64,000 bases of DNA, taken from Sedimentisphaerales bacterium. Lineage in GTDB: Bacteria > Planctomycetota > Phycisphaerae > Sedimentisphaerales > SM23-30. This document shows, one piece after another, positions 39,773-48,646 of the stretch. The stretch is from the NCBI GenBank assembly GCA_963663805.2, contig CAXXMR010000027.1:64001-128000 (forward strand), given 5' to 3'. Position 1 is the first letter of the stretch. Each line of letters starts with the position of its first letter. The notes under the pieces are model-generated. The model was not told the origin of the DNA. It did not search any database and worked only from the letters and a program-made list of their open reading frames with translations. Made by a program: the position numbers and the translations under genes.

Positions 39773-41281
39773 TTACGGTTTGGGTTTCTCGATTTTTTTA
39801 TCCATCATGTCCTTCAGGATAGTACCCATCAGGGCGTTGGACATTTGGTTTTCGCCACCGCTGGCGGAAAAGACCTGCGGGGTAATCTGGATGTTGTTTT
39901 CAGCGACGATTTTCATGATTTCGATTAACGCGGCATTGCTTTCACCGATAACGCCGGCGACGAGTTTGAATGCCTCAGCCTGAGCTTCGGCGGTGATTGT
40001 CACGCGTTCGGCTTCGGCTTCGGCGCTAATTTTAATCTGCTGACGTTTCTCTTCCGCGATTTTCACTTCATACGCCGCTGTTGCCAGTCGCATTTCTTCT
40101 TCGGCTTCCTGGACGGTGCGTTTCAGGGCTTTTTCCTGCTCAGCCGCCCGCTGCTGTTCCTGAAAAGTTTCTTGTTCCTGAACAGCGATTTCGCGGTCCG
40201 TCTGGGTTTTGAGCAGGTTACCCAGAGATTCTTCATCTCCGACATCACCAATCAGTACCGCCAGGATGGTCACCCCATATTTGGCCATATCTTCACTGAG
40301 CATAACCGCGGATTGTTCTTCCTGGACAGACCGATTCTGGACATATTCCAAAGCCTTAACTTTTTCAGCATTATTACGGAAGATAGCTCGCACATTTGGG
40401 GTTACCAGCTTGCTGAGTACCATATCATCGTCCCCGACACTGGCCACGACCTTTGGGGCATCCTGGGCCTTGACTACATAAGTAATACGCACATCGACAG
40501 GGAAGGTAAAACCATCTTTACTGCGGACGGTGATAGGCCTCATGAATTTTATTTTACTTTCACCTGATTCATCTTCGGCGGTATAGCTGACTTTCTGCTG
40601 GCGAACGCTGATGGGGGTTACTTCATAAGCTTCAGGATGCAGATAGTATTGTCCTTCGTTAAAAGGGGCATCCCAGATGCCGCGGTTGCCCTGGGGTACA
40701 AGACGGTTCTCGGTATTCATGGCCTGCCCAACATTACTCTTAATAACCGCTACCGTGCCGATTGCGACATTGGTCAGTTTTTCGGTTTTGACGGTAAAAA
40801 GTTTGGTATTGAGTCGATATTTACCGGGCTTTAGTACCGTAAGCTGCGGTCCCTTAAAGCCCTTGCCTTCGGTAAGAAAGTAGGCGGCATCTATCATTTT
40901 ATCGGGCTTATCCCATTCTGTCGCGTAAATCGTTCCCTCAGGTAGACTTATGCCGTCTGAGGTTTGTACCACGCCCAGACTGCCCTGGGGTACCTGGACA
41001 ACGGAAACTTTTTCAATATCGTACTGCCAGGGCCAATAAAAGAAATGCCAGCCCGGTTCCAGGGTCTGGGCCTGAAAACCATTTTCGCCGCTGACCGCTA
41101 AGATTCGCCCGGCCGGGAGCTTGCCGCCGCCGAATTTCTTTTCCACCAGGCCGACCTCGTCACCGCCGATATTTACCACTGAGACGTACAGGGCGATAAC
41201 GATAACAACAAAAATTACGGCCACCAGCCCCAAAATCGAGGCTAACTTACTGTTTATAGGTGCATTATAACGAGCTTCCAT
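39773..41281 (-). CDS. SPFH/band-7 (flotillin-like) membrane protein
   Basis: N-terminal TM, LEPGWHF and LKPGKY repeats, VRSKDGF, AEAEA-rich coiled coil. Confidence 0.85.
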   Translation of the reverse strand: MEARYNAPINSKLASILGLVAVIFVVIVIALYVSVVNIGGDEVGLVEKKFGGGKLPAGRILAVSGENGFQAQTLEPGWHFFYWPWQYDIEKVSVVQVPQGSLGVVQTSDGISLPEGTIYATEWDKPDKMIDAAYFLTEGKGFKGPQLTVLKPGKYRLNTKLFTVKTEKLTNVAIGTVAVIKSNVGQAMNTENRLVPQGNRGIWDAPFNEGQYYLHPEAYEVTPISVRQQKVSYTAEDESGESKIKFMRPITVRSKDGFTFPVDVRITYVVKAQDAPKVVASVGDDDMVLSKLVTPNVRAIFRNNAEKVKALEYVQNRSVQEEQSAVMLSEDMAKYGVTILAVLIGDVGDEESLGNLLKTQTDREIAVQEQETFQEQQRAAEQEKALKRTVQEAEEEMRLATAAYEVKIAEEKRQQIKISAEAEAERVTITAEAQAEAFKLVAGVIGESNAALIEIMKIVAENNIQITPQVFSASGGENQMSNALMGTILKDMMDKKIEKPKP

Positions 41282-41719
41282 AGGACTTCCTTTCAAAGTG
41301 TAAACCGGTTCTAATATCCTTTAGTCTTTTTACGATGAGTTTTATTACTCGAGTTTCCCTAATGAACAAAAGTCATTGTCAACTACACCCGCGGTAGTGT
41401 CAAGTTGTTTCTGTAGTGGCTGTTAGGATTATGATGGTCCCATAACCGTTTGGTCGGCCCATAATATAGATGTGATTTTGTCAATAAAAGGGGCAAAAGG
41501 TCAAAATGGCCGGTTACTCCTTAATTAGGCAAATATTGGCAGGAGAAATGACGATAAGATTTTTGCCTGCTATGAGTTTATGTTATGGGAAAAAGCGGGT
41601 TGAATTTTCCCGAGCCGTGCCCAAAACGGTGGTTGGGAACAGGAAACCCGGATTTGATAACATGACTTTATTATATGTGATTTGCCGCGGGTATGATATG
41701 AAGGGCCGTGCGAGTGGTA

Positions 41720-41736
41720 TTGGCATGGTTCTTGCT
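41720..41736 (+). promoter_or_regulatory. sigma54 -24/-12 promoter upstream of clpC
   Basis: TTGGCATGGTTCTTGCT versus consensus YTGGCACG-N4-TTGCW, with correct GG-N10-GC spacing. Confidence 0.65.
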
Positions 41737-41805
41737 TGAATAGATGTAAAGTAAGACATACAATCAATTGTTGTAACTGAAGTTTTCACCAAAGCGGAGA
41801 GAACC

Positions 41806-44331
41806 ATGTTTGAAAGATTTACAGATCGGGCTCGTAAGGTAATGGCTCTGGCTAATCAAGAGGCTCAGCGTTTTAACCACGAGTATATTGGAACCGAGCA
41901 TATTTTGCTGGGTCTGGTCAAGGAAGGCAGCGGGGTCGGTGCCAATGTTTTGAAGAACCTGGATGTGGATTTGCGCAAGGTCCGCCTTGAGGTCGAGAAA
42001 CTTGTTAAGAGTGGTCCCGATATGGTCACGATGGGTAAACTCCCTCAGACCCCGCGGGCCAAAAAGGTTATCGAATATGCTATCGAAGAAGCCCGTTCGC
42101 TTAATCATAACTATGTTGGCACGGAACACCTCCTGCTGGGGCTGCTGCGTGAAAACGATGGCGTGGCTGCTCAGGTTCTGATGAATCTGGGACTCAAGCT
42201 CGAGGATGTCCGTGAGGAAGTATTGAATCTTCTCGGTGCCGGTATGGATACTGAAAGCATGGGCAGCTCTCCCATGTCCGCTTCACGAGGTGCCGAACGT
42301 ACTGCCAAGGGCGGCAAGAGCAAGACGCCGGCGCTGGACAGTTTCGGCCGCGATTTGACCGAGCTTGCGATTCAGGGTCAGTTGGACCCGGTCATCGGTC
42401 GCAGCAAGGAAATCGAACGTGTAATTCAAATTCTTTGCCGTCGTACCAAGAATAATCCGGTTCTGCTCGGTGAGGCCGGTGTTGGTAAGACCGCTATTGT
42501 CGAAGGGTTAGCTCAGAATATCATCAATCATGAGGTGCCTGAGCTTTTGGCGGGTAAACGTCTGGTCGTGCTGGACCTGGCGATGATGGTGGCCGGTACG
42601 AAATATCGCGGTCAGTTTGAGGAACGCATCAAGGCGGTTATGAACGAAGTTCGCCGGGCCAAGAACGTGATGCTCTTTATCGATGAGCTGCATACGCTGG
42701 TTGGTGCCGGTGGTGCCGAAGGTGCTATCGACGCTTCCAATGTTCTCAAGCCCGCTCTTAGCCGCGGTGAGATTCAGTGTATTGGTGCGACAACTCTGGA
42801 TGAGTATCGCAAATATATCGAAAAGGACAGTGCCCTGGAACGGCGGTTTCAGACCATTATTGTTGAGCCGCCGAACAAACAGGAAACCATTGAGATTCTC
42901 AAAGGGCTGCGTGACCGTTACGAAGCTCATCATCGTGTCCGTATCGAGGATGAGGCTTTGGTTCAGGCCGTCGAGCTGGCTGGTCGTTATATTACCGGCA
43001 GATGTATGCCTGATAAAGCCATCGACGTTATCGATGAAGCCGGGGCGAGGGTACGATTGAAAACCATGACCAAGCCGCCGGATTTGACCGAGCTGGAAAA
43101 AGAAATCGAACGCTTGCAGTCCGAAAAGGATGAAGCGGTCAAAAACGCTGACTATGAGCGAGCCGCAGACCTGCGTGATGAAGCCACCAAGATGCTGGAA
43201 AAGAAAACCGCTATGCAGCATGAATGGCGGGATACTAATAATGAAATCGACGGCGTGGTTGACGAGGAAGTCATCGCTGAGGTAGTTAGCAATATTACCG
43301 GTGTGCCTCTGACCAGACTGGAAAAAGAAGAAGCCGCACGGTTGCTCGAACTCGAAAACGAACTGCATAAACGCGTGGTCAGTCAGGACGAAGCCATCAA
43401 CGCGGTATCCAAAACCGTACGACGTAGCCGCAGTGGCCTGAAAGACCCCAATCGTCCTATGGGCAGCTTTATTTTCGTCGGTCCTTCCGGCGTTGGTAAG
43501 ACCCTGTTGGCGCGGGCCCTGGCTGAATTTATGTTCGGCAATGAAGACGCTCTGATTCAGATGGACATGAGCGAATATATGGAGAAACACAATGTTTCTC
43601 GTTTGATTGGTGCCCCTCCCGGATATGTCGGTTACGAAGAGGGCGGCCAGTTGACCGAACGCATTCGTCGTCGTCCTTATTCGGTGGTGCTGCTGGACGA
43701 AATCGAGAAGGCTCATTCGGATGTTTACAATATGCTGCTCCAGATTATGGAAGAAGGACGTTTGACCGACAGTTTCGGCCGGCATGTGGACTTCCGTAAT
43801 GTGGTTCTGATTATGACCAGTAATATCGGCGCGGACCTGATTAAGAACCAGTCTGGGTTTGGGTTCGGCAAACGCACCGAAGAAAGCAATTACGATAAGA
43901 TGAAAGACCGGATTCTCAAGGAAGTCGAACGTTACTTCCGACCGGAATTTCTTAATCGTCTCGATGATGTAATTATGTTCCGCTCGCTTACTCGTGAGCA
44001 TCTGGAAATTATCGTTAATTATGAACTCAAGAAAGTCTTTGGACGAGTTAGCGAAAAGGGCTTCGAACTGGAAGTTGCCGAAGCTGCCAAGGAATTCCTT
44101 ATCGACAAAGGCTACAATCCCGAATTCGGGGCCCGACCGCTGCGTCGTGCTATCGAACGATATGTCGAAGACCCGCTTAGCGAAGATATTCTCCGCGGTA
44201 ATCTCAAGGGCAAAAATCTTGTCAAGGTTACTGTCAAGGATGAACATCTGCACTTTGAAGGGCTTGAAGTTCCCGTGGATGAGCAGAACAACGAAAACGA
44301 AGAACCTGCCGAGGTTTCGCAGGGAACCTGA
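41806..44331 (+). CDS. clpC: ATP-dependent Clp protease ATP-binding subunit ClpC
   Basis: MFERFT, two Clp-N repeats, GEAGVGKT and [11 protein letters not shown] motif, FGF ClpP-binding loop. Confidence 0.96.
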   Translation: MFERFTDRARKVMALANQEAQRFNHEYIGTEHILLGLVKEGSGVGANVLKNLDVDLRKVRLEVEKLVKSGPDMVTMGKLPQTPRAKKVIEYAIEEARSLNHNYVGTEHLLLGLLRENDGVAAQVLMNLGLKLEDVREEVLNLLGAGMDTESMGSSPMSASRGAERTAKGGKSKTPALDSFGRDLTELAIQGQLDPVIGRSKEIERVIQILCRRTKNNPVLLGEAGVGKTAIVEGLAQNIINHEVPELLAGKRLVVLDLAMMVAGTKYRGQFEERIKAVMNEVRRAKNVMLFIDELHTLVGAGGAEGAIDASNVLKPALSRGEIQCIGATTLDEYRKYIEKDSALERRFQTIIVEPPNKQETIEILKGLRDRYEAHHRVRIEDEALVQAVELAGRYITGRCMPDKAIDVIDEAGARVRLKTMTKPPDLTELEKEIERLQSEKDEAVKNADYERAADLRDEATKMLEKKTAMQHEWRDTNNEIDGVVDEEVIAEVVSNITGVPLTRLEKEEAARLLELENELHKRVVSQDEAINAVSKTVRRSRSGLKDPNRPMGSFIFVGPSGVGKTLLARALAEFMFGNEDALIQMDMSEYMEKHNVSRLIGAPPGYVGYEEGGQLTERIRRRPYSVVLLDEIEKAHSDVYNMLLQIMEEGRLTDSFGRHVDFRNVVLIMTSNIGADLIKNQSGFGFGKRTEESNYDKMKDRILKEVERYFRPEFLNRLDDVIMFRSLTREHLEIIVNYELKKVFGRVSEKGFELEVAEAAKEFLIDKGYNPEFGARPLRRAIERYVEDPLSEDILRGNLKGKNLVKVTVKDEHLHFEGLEVPVDEQNNENEEPAEVSQGT

Positions 44332-44362
44332 TACTGTCCGACCGCTGAATTTTGACTTTTTT

Positions 44363-44393
44363 GAGCGTCCGTTTAACTGCGGGCGCTTTTTTT
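44363..44393 (+). terminator. intrinsic terminator
   Basis: GAGCGTCCGT-loop-GCGGGCGCTTTTTTT. Confidence 0.85.
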
Positions 44394-44781
44394 ATGGTCC
44401 GATACCGGGCGGTATATTCGTTATGATTGTTACAGGTGATACGACCGTTATAACCGGCGGGGGGACTGGAATAAAAATGGCAAGTTTATTTGCCCGAAGC
44501 GGATTTGAATTTTACTATAGAGGTGAAATCAACGTAACTGATTTCGCCCTGAAAACTCTCGGAAGAATTGGGGTATAAAATATTATAGTTTTTTGGAGAG
44601 TTTTTATGGAAGAGAAAGATATGCTTTACTAGTTTCCGGATAAGTTCGGAAGCTGTCGTTGTTTGGGTTGGCTTAAAGCAATGATTTATATCTGTTTTGG
44701 TCGATTTGTGATAGCGACGTTTATTTTGCAGACCTCAAACTGAAAGCAATTATCCAACAAGATTAAATTCTGCCCTGGATC

Positions 44782-44829
44782 GGGGCTCCGGCCTGACTGC
44801 CTCCTACAGACCGGAGCCCTACTTTTTTT
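44782..44829 (+). terminator. terminator-like hairpin with the U-tract on the plus strand
   Basis: GGGGCTCCGG...CCGGAGCCCT followed by ACTTTTTTT. Confidence 0.7.
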
Positions 44830-44848
44830 AAAGTGGGGATGGGGAAAT

Positions 44849-45208
44849 TTACACTGATAAATCAATGTGCGGCGGTTCGTCGTCTGAATCACTGGGGGTG
44901 ATATTTTTTGGCGCGGGGATTTCCTGTTCAAGTGTTTCTTCTTGTGATTTTTCGGAAGGGGTGTGTTCATAAGAATCCAGCGGTTCGTGCTGAGATTCCC
45001 GGTCCTGGTCGCCTTCCTTGTGGACGCGGAGCTGCTCTGCCTGGTCGGTGTTTTCTACCTCGTGGGTTTGCTGGTCCGCCAGCCGGGCGAGTTCTCTGGA
45101 GTCGGAAACACGCTTATTTCTTTTAGCGTCCTGATCGCGCGCGGTCTCCTTGGCGGCTATTTGAGCCTGGACAATCGAGCCAAGTATGTTGGGTGGAATA
45201 CTGCTCAT
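44849..45208 (-). CDS. small acidic hypothetical protein
   Basis: GAGGT RBS, charged helical N-half, ends PHIDLSV. Confidence 0.7.
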   Translation of the reverse strand: MSSIPPNILGSIVQAQIAAKETARDQDAKRNKRVSDSRELARLADQQTHEVENTDQAEQLRVHKEGDQDRESQHEPLDSYEHTPSEKSQEETLEQEIPAPKNITPSDSDDEPPHIDLSV

Positions 45209-45406
45209 TCGGGCGTACCTCTGCCAAGTACGTTGAAATTTATTACAGCTTCATTATTTCTATCGGCAGGTATTGGCAGAAATGATTAGAATAGCCTGAG
45301 TCCGGTTGCCGGGGGGTTGATTTTTGGGTGGAGCTGTGTTAATACATACATCCTGATAAGGTTTAAGTATTTGTTTTGTAGCTGTTTGTGATGGCGGAGG
45401 TCGAAG

Positions 45407-46852
45407 TTGACGCGTTTACGGGTTTTGCTGCTGGGGTTGGTTGTTCATTTGTCGATATTCGTCGCGGCGGGTCATTCGGCATCTCTGAGCGGTTCTATTG
45501 ATAGTCTTTTGGCCGGGAAGGACCATGCCAAAACGAGTTTTTCGATACAAATTGTGGAGCTGGGCAGCGGAAAGCCGGTTTTTTCGCGTGACGAGTCACG
45601 CACTTTGGCACCAGCCAGTAATATGAAGCTGATAACCACGGCGGCAGCCCTGGATGGATTGGGTGAGGATTTTGTATTTGAAACTATCTTTGCTATGCAA
45701 GGGGATGATTTGGTTGTAATTGGTGCGGGTGACCCGCTGACCGGTGATGGGCGTTTGGCGGGGGTTCGTGATGAGTCGATAGCGGATATTTTTGAGCGGG
45801 TCGCGGCGGAACTGAAAAAGCGGGGCATAGAAGTGATAAAGGGTGATATGGTGGTTGACGCGTTTATCTTTGATGATGAGCGTTTTCATCCTTCGTGGCC
45901 TATTGACCAGTCTAACAAATGGTATGCCGCTGAGGTGGCGGGTTTGAATTTTAATTCCAATTGTCTGGACCTTATTTTGGAGCCGACCTGGCCGGGCGAA
46001 CTGGTTAAATATGAAGTTTTTCCTAAAACCAGCTACGCTTCGCTGACCAATAAATGCAAGACGACCAGCAAAGGGTCTAATACTTCGTGGGCATCGCGGG
46101 AGATTGGCACGAATAATATTACGATTCGAGCGAATTGCCATCGGGCCCAGACGATTAATGTTACGATTGACAGGCCGAGCGCGTTTTTTGCGACGGTGAT
46201 GTGTGAGACGCTGCTGCGGAATGGGATTAGTATTGAGGGCCGAATGGTTGGTCGGCCTGTGCGGGGAGATGATGGGAGTTTGCCAGTGGGTCTGGATGTT
46301 GTTCATGTTCACAAAACTGACCTGAAACTGGTGATTAACCGTGCTAATCGTGATAGTTTGAATCTGGCGGCGGAAGCATTGATAAAGACGCTGGGGGCGG
46401 TAAAAGGTCGTTCGGGTTCCCGGTTGGAGGCGGGTTCGTGGAGCAGCGGCAGGGCCGCGGTGGGGGCGTTTCTGGATAAGATAGGCGTGGTGGCGGGTCA
46501 ATATAAGATTGATGACGGCAGTGGGTTGAGTAAGGAAAATCGGGTGTCGGCGGAATGTATAACCAAGGTGCTGGTTTATATGGCGGGACATGGGGCGAGT
46601 GAGGTTTATTTTTCGTCTCTGGCGACCCCGGAGGCGGGGACACTGGCAAAGGCGAACCGGTTTGAGGAAGATTTCTGTGACGGGAAGATTAATGCCAAAA
46701 CGGGGTATATCAATAATACTCGTTCGCTAAGTGGTTATTGTGTTGATGGGGGGGATCGGCGGTACGCGTTTTCGATTTTGACTTACGGCGGGTCTTGGAA
46801 AACCAAGGGTTTAATGGATAGTATCGTCAAAAAGGTGATTCAAAACGATTAA
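45407..46852 (+). CDS. dacB: D-Ala-D-Ala carboxypeptidase/endopeptidase (PBP4, peptidase S13)
   Basis: PASNMK (SxxK), GDP, SLN (SxN), DGSGLS, KTG; GGAGGT before TTG. Confidence 0.93.
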   Translation: MTRLRVLLLGLVVHLSIFVAAGHSASLSGSIDSLLAGKDHAKTSFSIQIVELGSGKPVFSRDESRTLAPASNMKLITTAAALDGLGEDFVFETIFAMQGDDLVVIGAGDPLTGDGRLAGVRDESIADIFERVAAELKKRGIEVIKGDMVVDAFIFDDERFHPSWPIDQSNKWYAAEVAGLNFNSNCLDLILEPTWPGELVKYEVFPKTSYASLTNKCKTTSKGSNTSWASREIGTNNITIRANCHRAQTINVTIDRPSAFFATVMCETLLRNGISIEGRMVGRPVRGDDGSLPVGLDVVHVHKTDLKLVINRANRDSLNLAAEALIKTLGAVKGRSGSRLEAGSWSSGRAAVGAFLDKIGVVAGQYKIDDGSGLSKENRVSAECITKVLVYMAGHGASEVYFSSLATPEAGTLAKANRFEEDFCDGKINAKTGYINNTRSLSGYCVDGGDRRYAFSILTYGGSWKTKGLMDSIVKKVIQND

Positions 46853-47283
46853 GTTCATCAGAAATTTGGAGTGTAAGTGCTTGTTTTTGTGAGCGCGAAG
46901 GTGATTTCATGGGCGCGATGGCGGCTTAAAACGGTTTTTTCGGGTATGTGGTTCTCCTTAAAGCGCAAATTTAAGGAGCGAAATCAGCGCGATTGGGGAT
47001 ATTGGGGTGTAAAAAAAGTGTTTGGGGGCATGGAGGTGGTGGTTGTGGTTGTAAATATGCCTGTTTGGGGCTTTATCGCGTTGGCAAAGTCGTGTTTGCG
47101 GTGGGGTTTTTCGACGCGGTTTGGATTGGGATGCCCGGTTTTTGACGATTTTTTTTTGTTTTTTTGAATTTTGGATGAATTTTTCCGGGAAAATCCTCGT
47201 TTTTGGTGGGTTTTTTTATGGATGTGGTGGACAGAGTTGACAAAACTGGACAGGCTGGACTGTCTGGGGTTTTGGGTAGTTTG

Positions 47284-48417
47284 CTAGGGGGTGGTCAGGT
47301 CTACCTGGGAGAATTCGAATTGCTGGTCGGGTTCGGTTCTCCATTTGTTTAGCCAGGGTGAGTAGGTCTGGACGCGGACTTTTTGTTCGGTTGGTGAGAA
47401 CGAAACGATTCGGAAATAGCCGTTGCCTCCGTTGTCTTCGAACTGGTAGTTGGCGAGCATCTGGTAGACGAGGTTGCCGTTTTCGCCGGTGCTGATTAGG
47501 GTGCCGACTCCGTCGTTGAGGATGTGGCCGCTGAAGACAAATGAAATGTTGGGGTGGCGTTTGACGAAGCTGTCCCATATTTCATCGCCGTCGTTACATA
47601 CTTCGTCGTCGAGGGCGGTTTGGCAAACGGTATAAGCGTGAGGGTTCCATTTGTCGCCGGTGCCGATTCTGGTTTCATCGGAATACATATAAGCGTGGGT
47701 GACAACGATGACGCGGCGGTGGGGATGGTCGGCGACTATGCTGTTGGCCCAGTTGAGTATTTCAATTCGGGGGCCGAACTCCAATGCCATAACGAGCCAG
47801 TCGGTGCCGCCGGCGGTGAAGTAGTGATAGCTGTTTTCGGCGTGGTCGGGTTCGTAGGTATCGACCAGGTTAGCGAAACGTGAGACCGGAAAGTACTGGT
47901 TGAAATATGACATATCACGGGTAGCTGTTTTTCCGTCGGCGCCGGTGTCGTGATTGCCGGGAACGGCGACATAGGGTACGTTAGCATTGTCCAGGTTTGC
48001 CATGGCGATGGTGGCGTTGTCCCATTCGCGGAGGGCGTTGTGGTTGGTGAAATCGCCTTCGTGGAGGACGAATTTTATGCGGTATTGGTCCTGGTTGTCG
48101 GCGATCCACTGGGTTTGGCTATTGTAAACTTCCGGTTTGTAGTCGGAGTAGTTTTGGGTATCTGGCAGCAGGACGATTGAAAATTCCTGATCGGAGCGTA
48201 TGCGTATTTCGGTCTGGGCCTGGACGTTTCCCGATTCGCTGAGCCATTGTTCAAACAGTAGGGCGAGGTCGAGCAGGTCTACTTTGCCGTTGCCGTTGAT
48301 GTCGGCGGTGAGCGGGGGCTGGTCGGCTGGTGCGTAAGAGTTTGTCGATAAAGCGATTAGGAGTAGGGTTGTCGCGAAGGTGAATCTTTGAAAAAGTTTT
48401 TGGCTGATTTTTGGCAT
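47284..48417 (-). CDS. secreted calcineurin-like metallophosphoesterase with N-terminal dockerin-like motif
   Basis: PDTQ, HEGD, GNHD, THAY, SGH; DINGNGKVDLLDLALLFEQWL. Confidence 0.87.
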   Translation of the reverse strand: MPKISQKLFQRFTFATTLLLIALSTNSYAPADQPPLTADINGNGKVDLLDLALLFEQWLSESGNVQAQTEIRIRSDQEFSIVLLPDTQNYSDYKPEVYNSQTQWIADNQDQYRIKFVLHEGDFTNHNALREWDNATIAMANLDNANVPYVAVPGNHDTGADGKTATRDMSYFNQYFPVSRFANLVDTYEPDHAENSYHYFTAGGTDWLVMALEFGPRIEILNWANSIVADHPHRRVIVVTHAYMYSDETRIGTGDKWNPHAYTVCQTALDDEVCNDGDEIWDSFVKRHPNISFVFSGHILNDGVGTLISTGENGNLVYQMLANYQFEDNGGNGYFRIVSFSPTEQKVRVQTYSPWLNKWRTEPDQQFEFSQVDLTTP

Positions 48418-48527
48418 TATGATTCTCCGGCAAAATCCTCTTTTTTTTCCTTAAGCCAGCTGGGCTGGAAATTCTAAACAATATTGAAACGGAAATAACT
48501 TAAAATATCAAGCAACAGGCAAGAATA

Positions 48528-48583
48528 ATGGTTTTGGGTGGTCGTATCCGGCGTCTTACGCGGCTCGGCTTTTGTTTGAGCAA
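48528..48583 (+). repeat. 56-bp REP-like repeat, copy 1
   Basis: 45/56 identical to 50524..50579 without gaps. Confidence 0.8.
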
Positions 48584-48646
48584 CGCGTCCATGAGGCAAG
48601 GGGCAAGAGTGACACGGCTCGGTGCCGGCCTTTGGCATGGTTATTT

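Noticed and set aside
41479..41505. GTCAA/GGTCAAA motifs upstream of clpC as a CtsR operator
   Set aside because: The spacing does not fit the heptad-N3-heptad pattern and no ctsR is visible.
42508..44253. 581-aa minus-strand ORF, and similar long antisense ORFs such as 52278..53477, 45596..46591, 54959..55909 and 36494..37318
   Set aside because: They lie wholly opposite well-supported genes and have no recognisable motifs; shadow ORFs from codon bias.
43994..44578. 194-aa plus-strand ORF overlapping the clpC 3' end
   Set aside because: Out of frame with clpC, runs through its terminator, no motifs.
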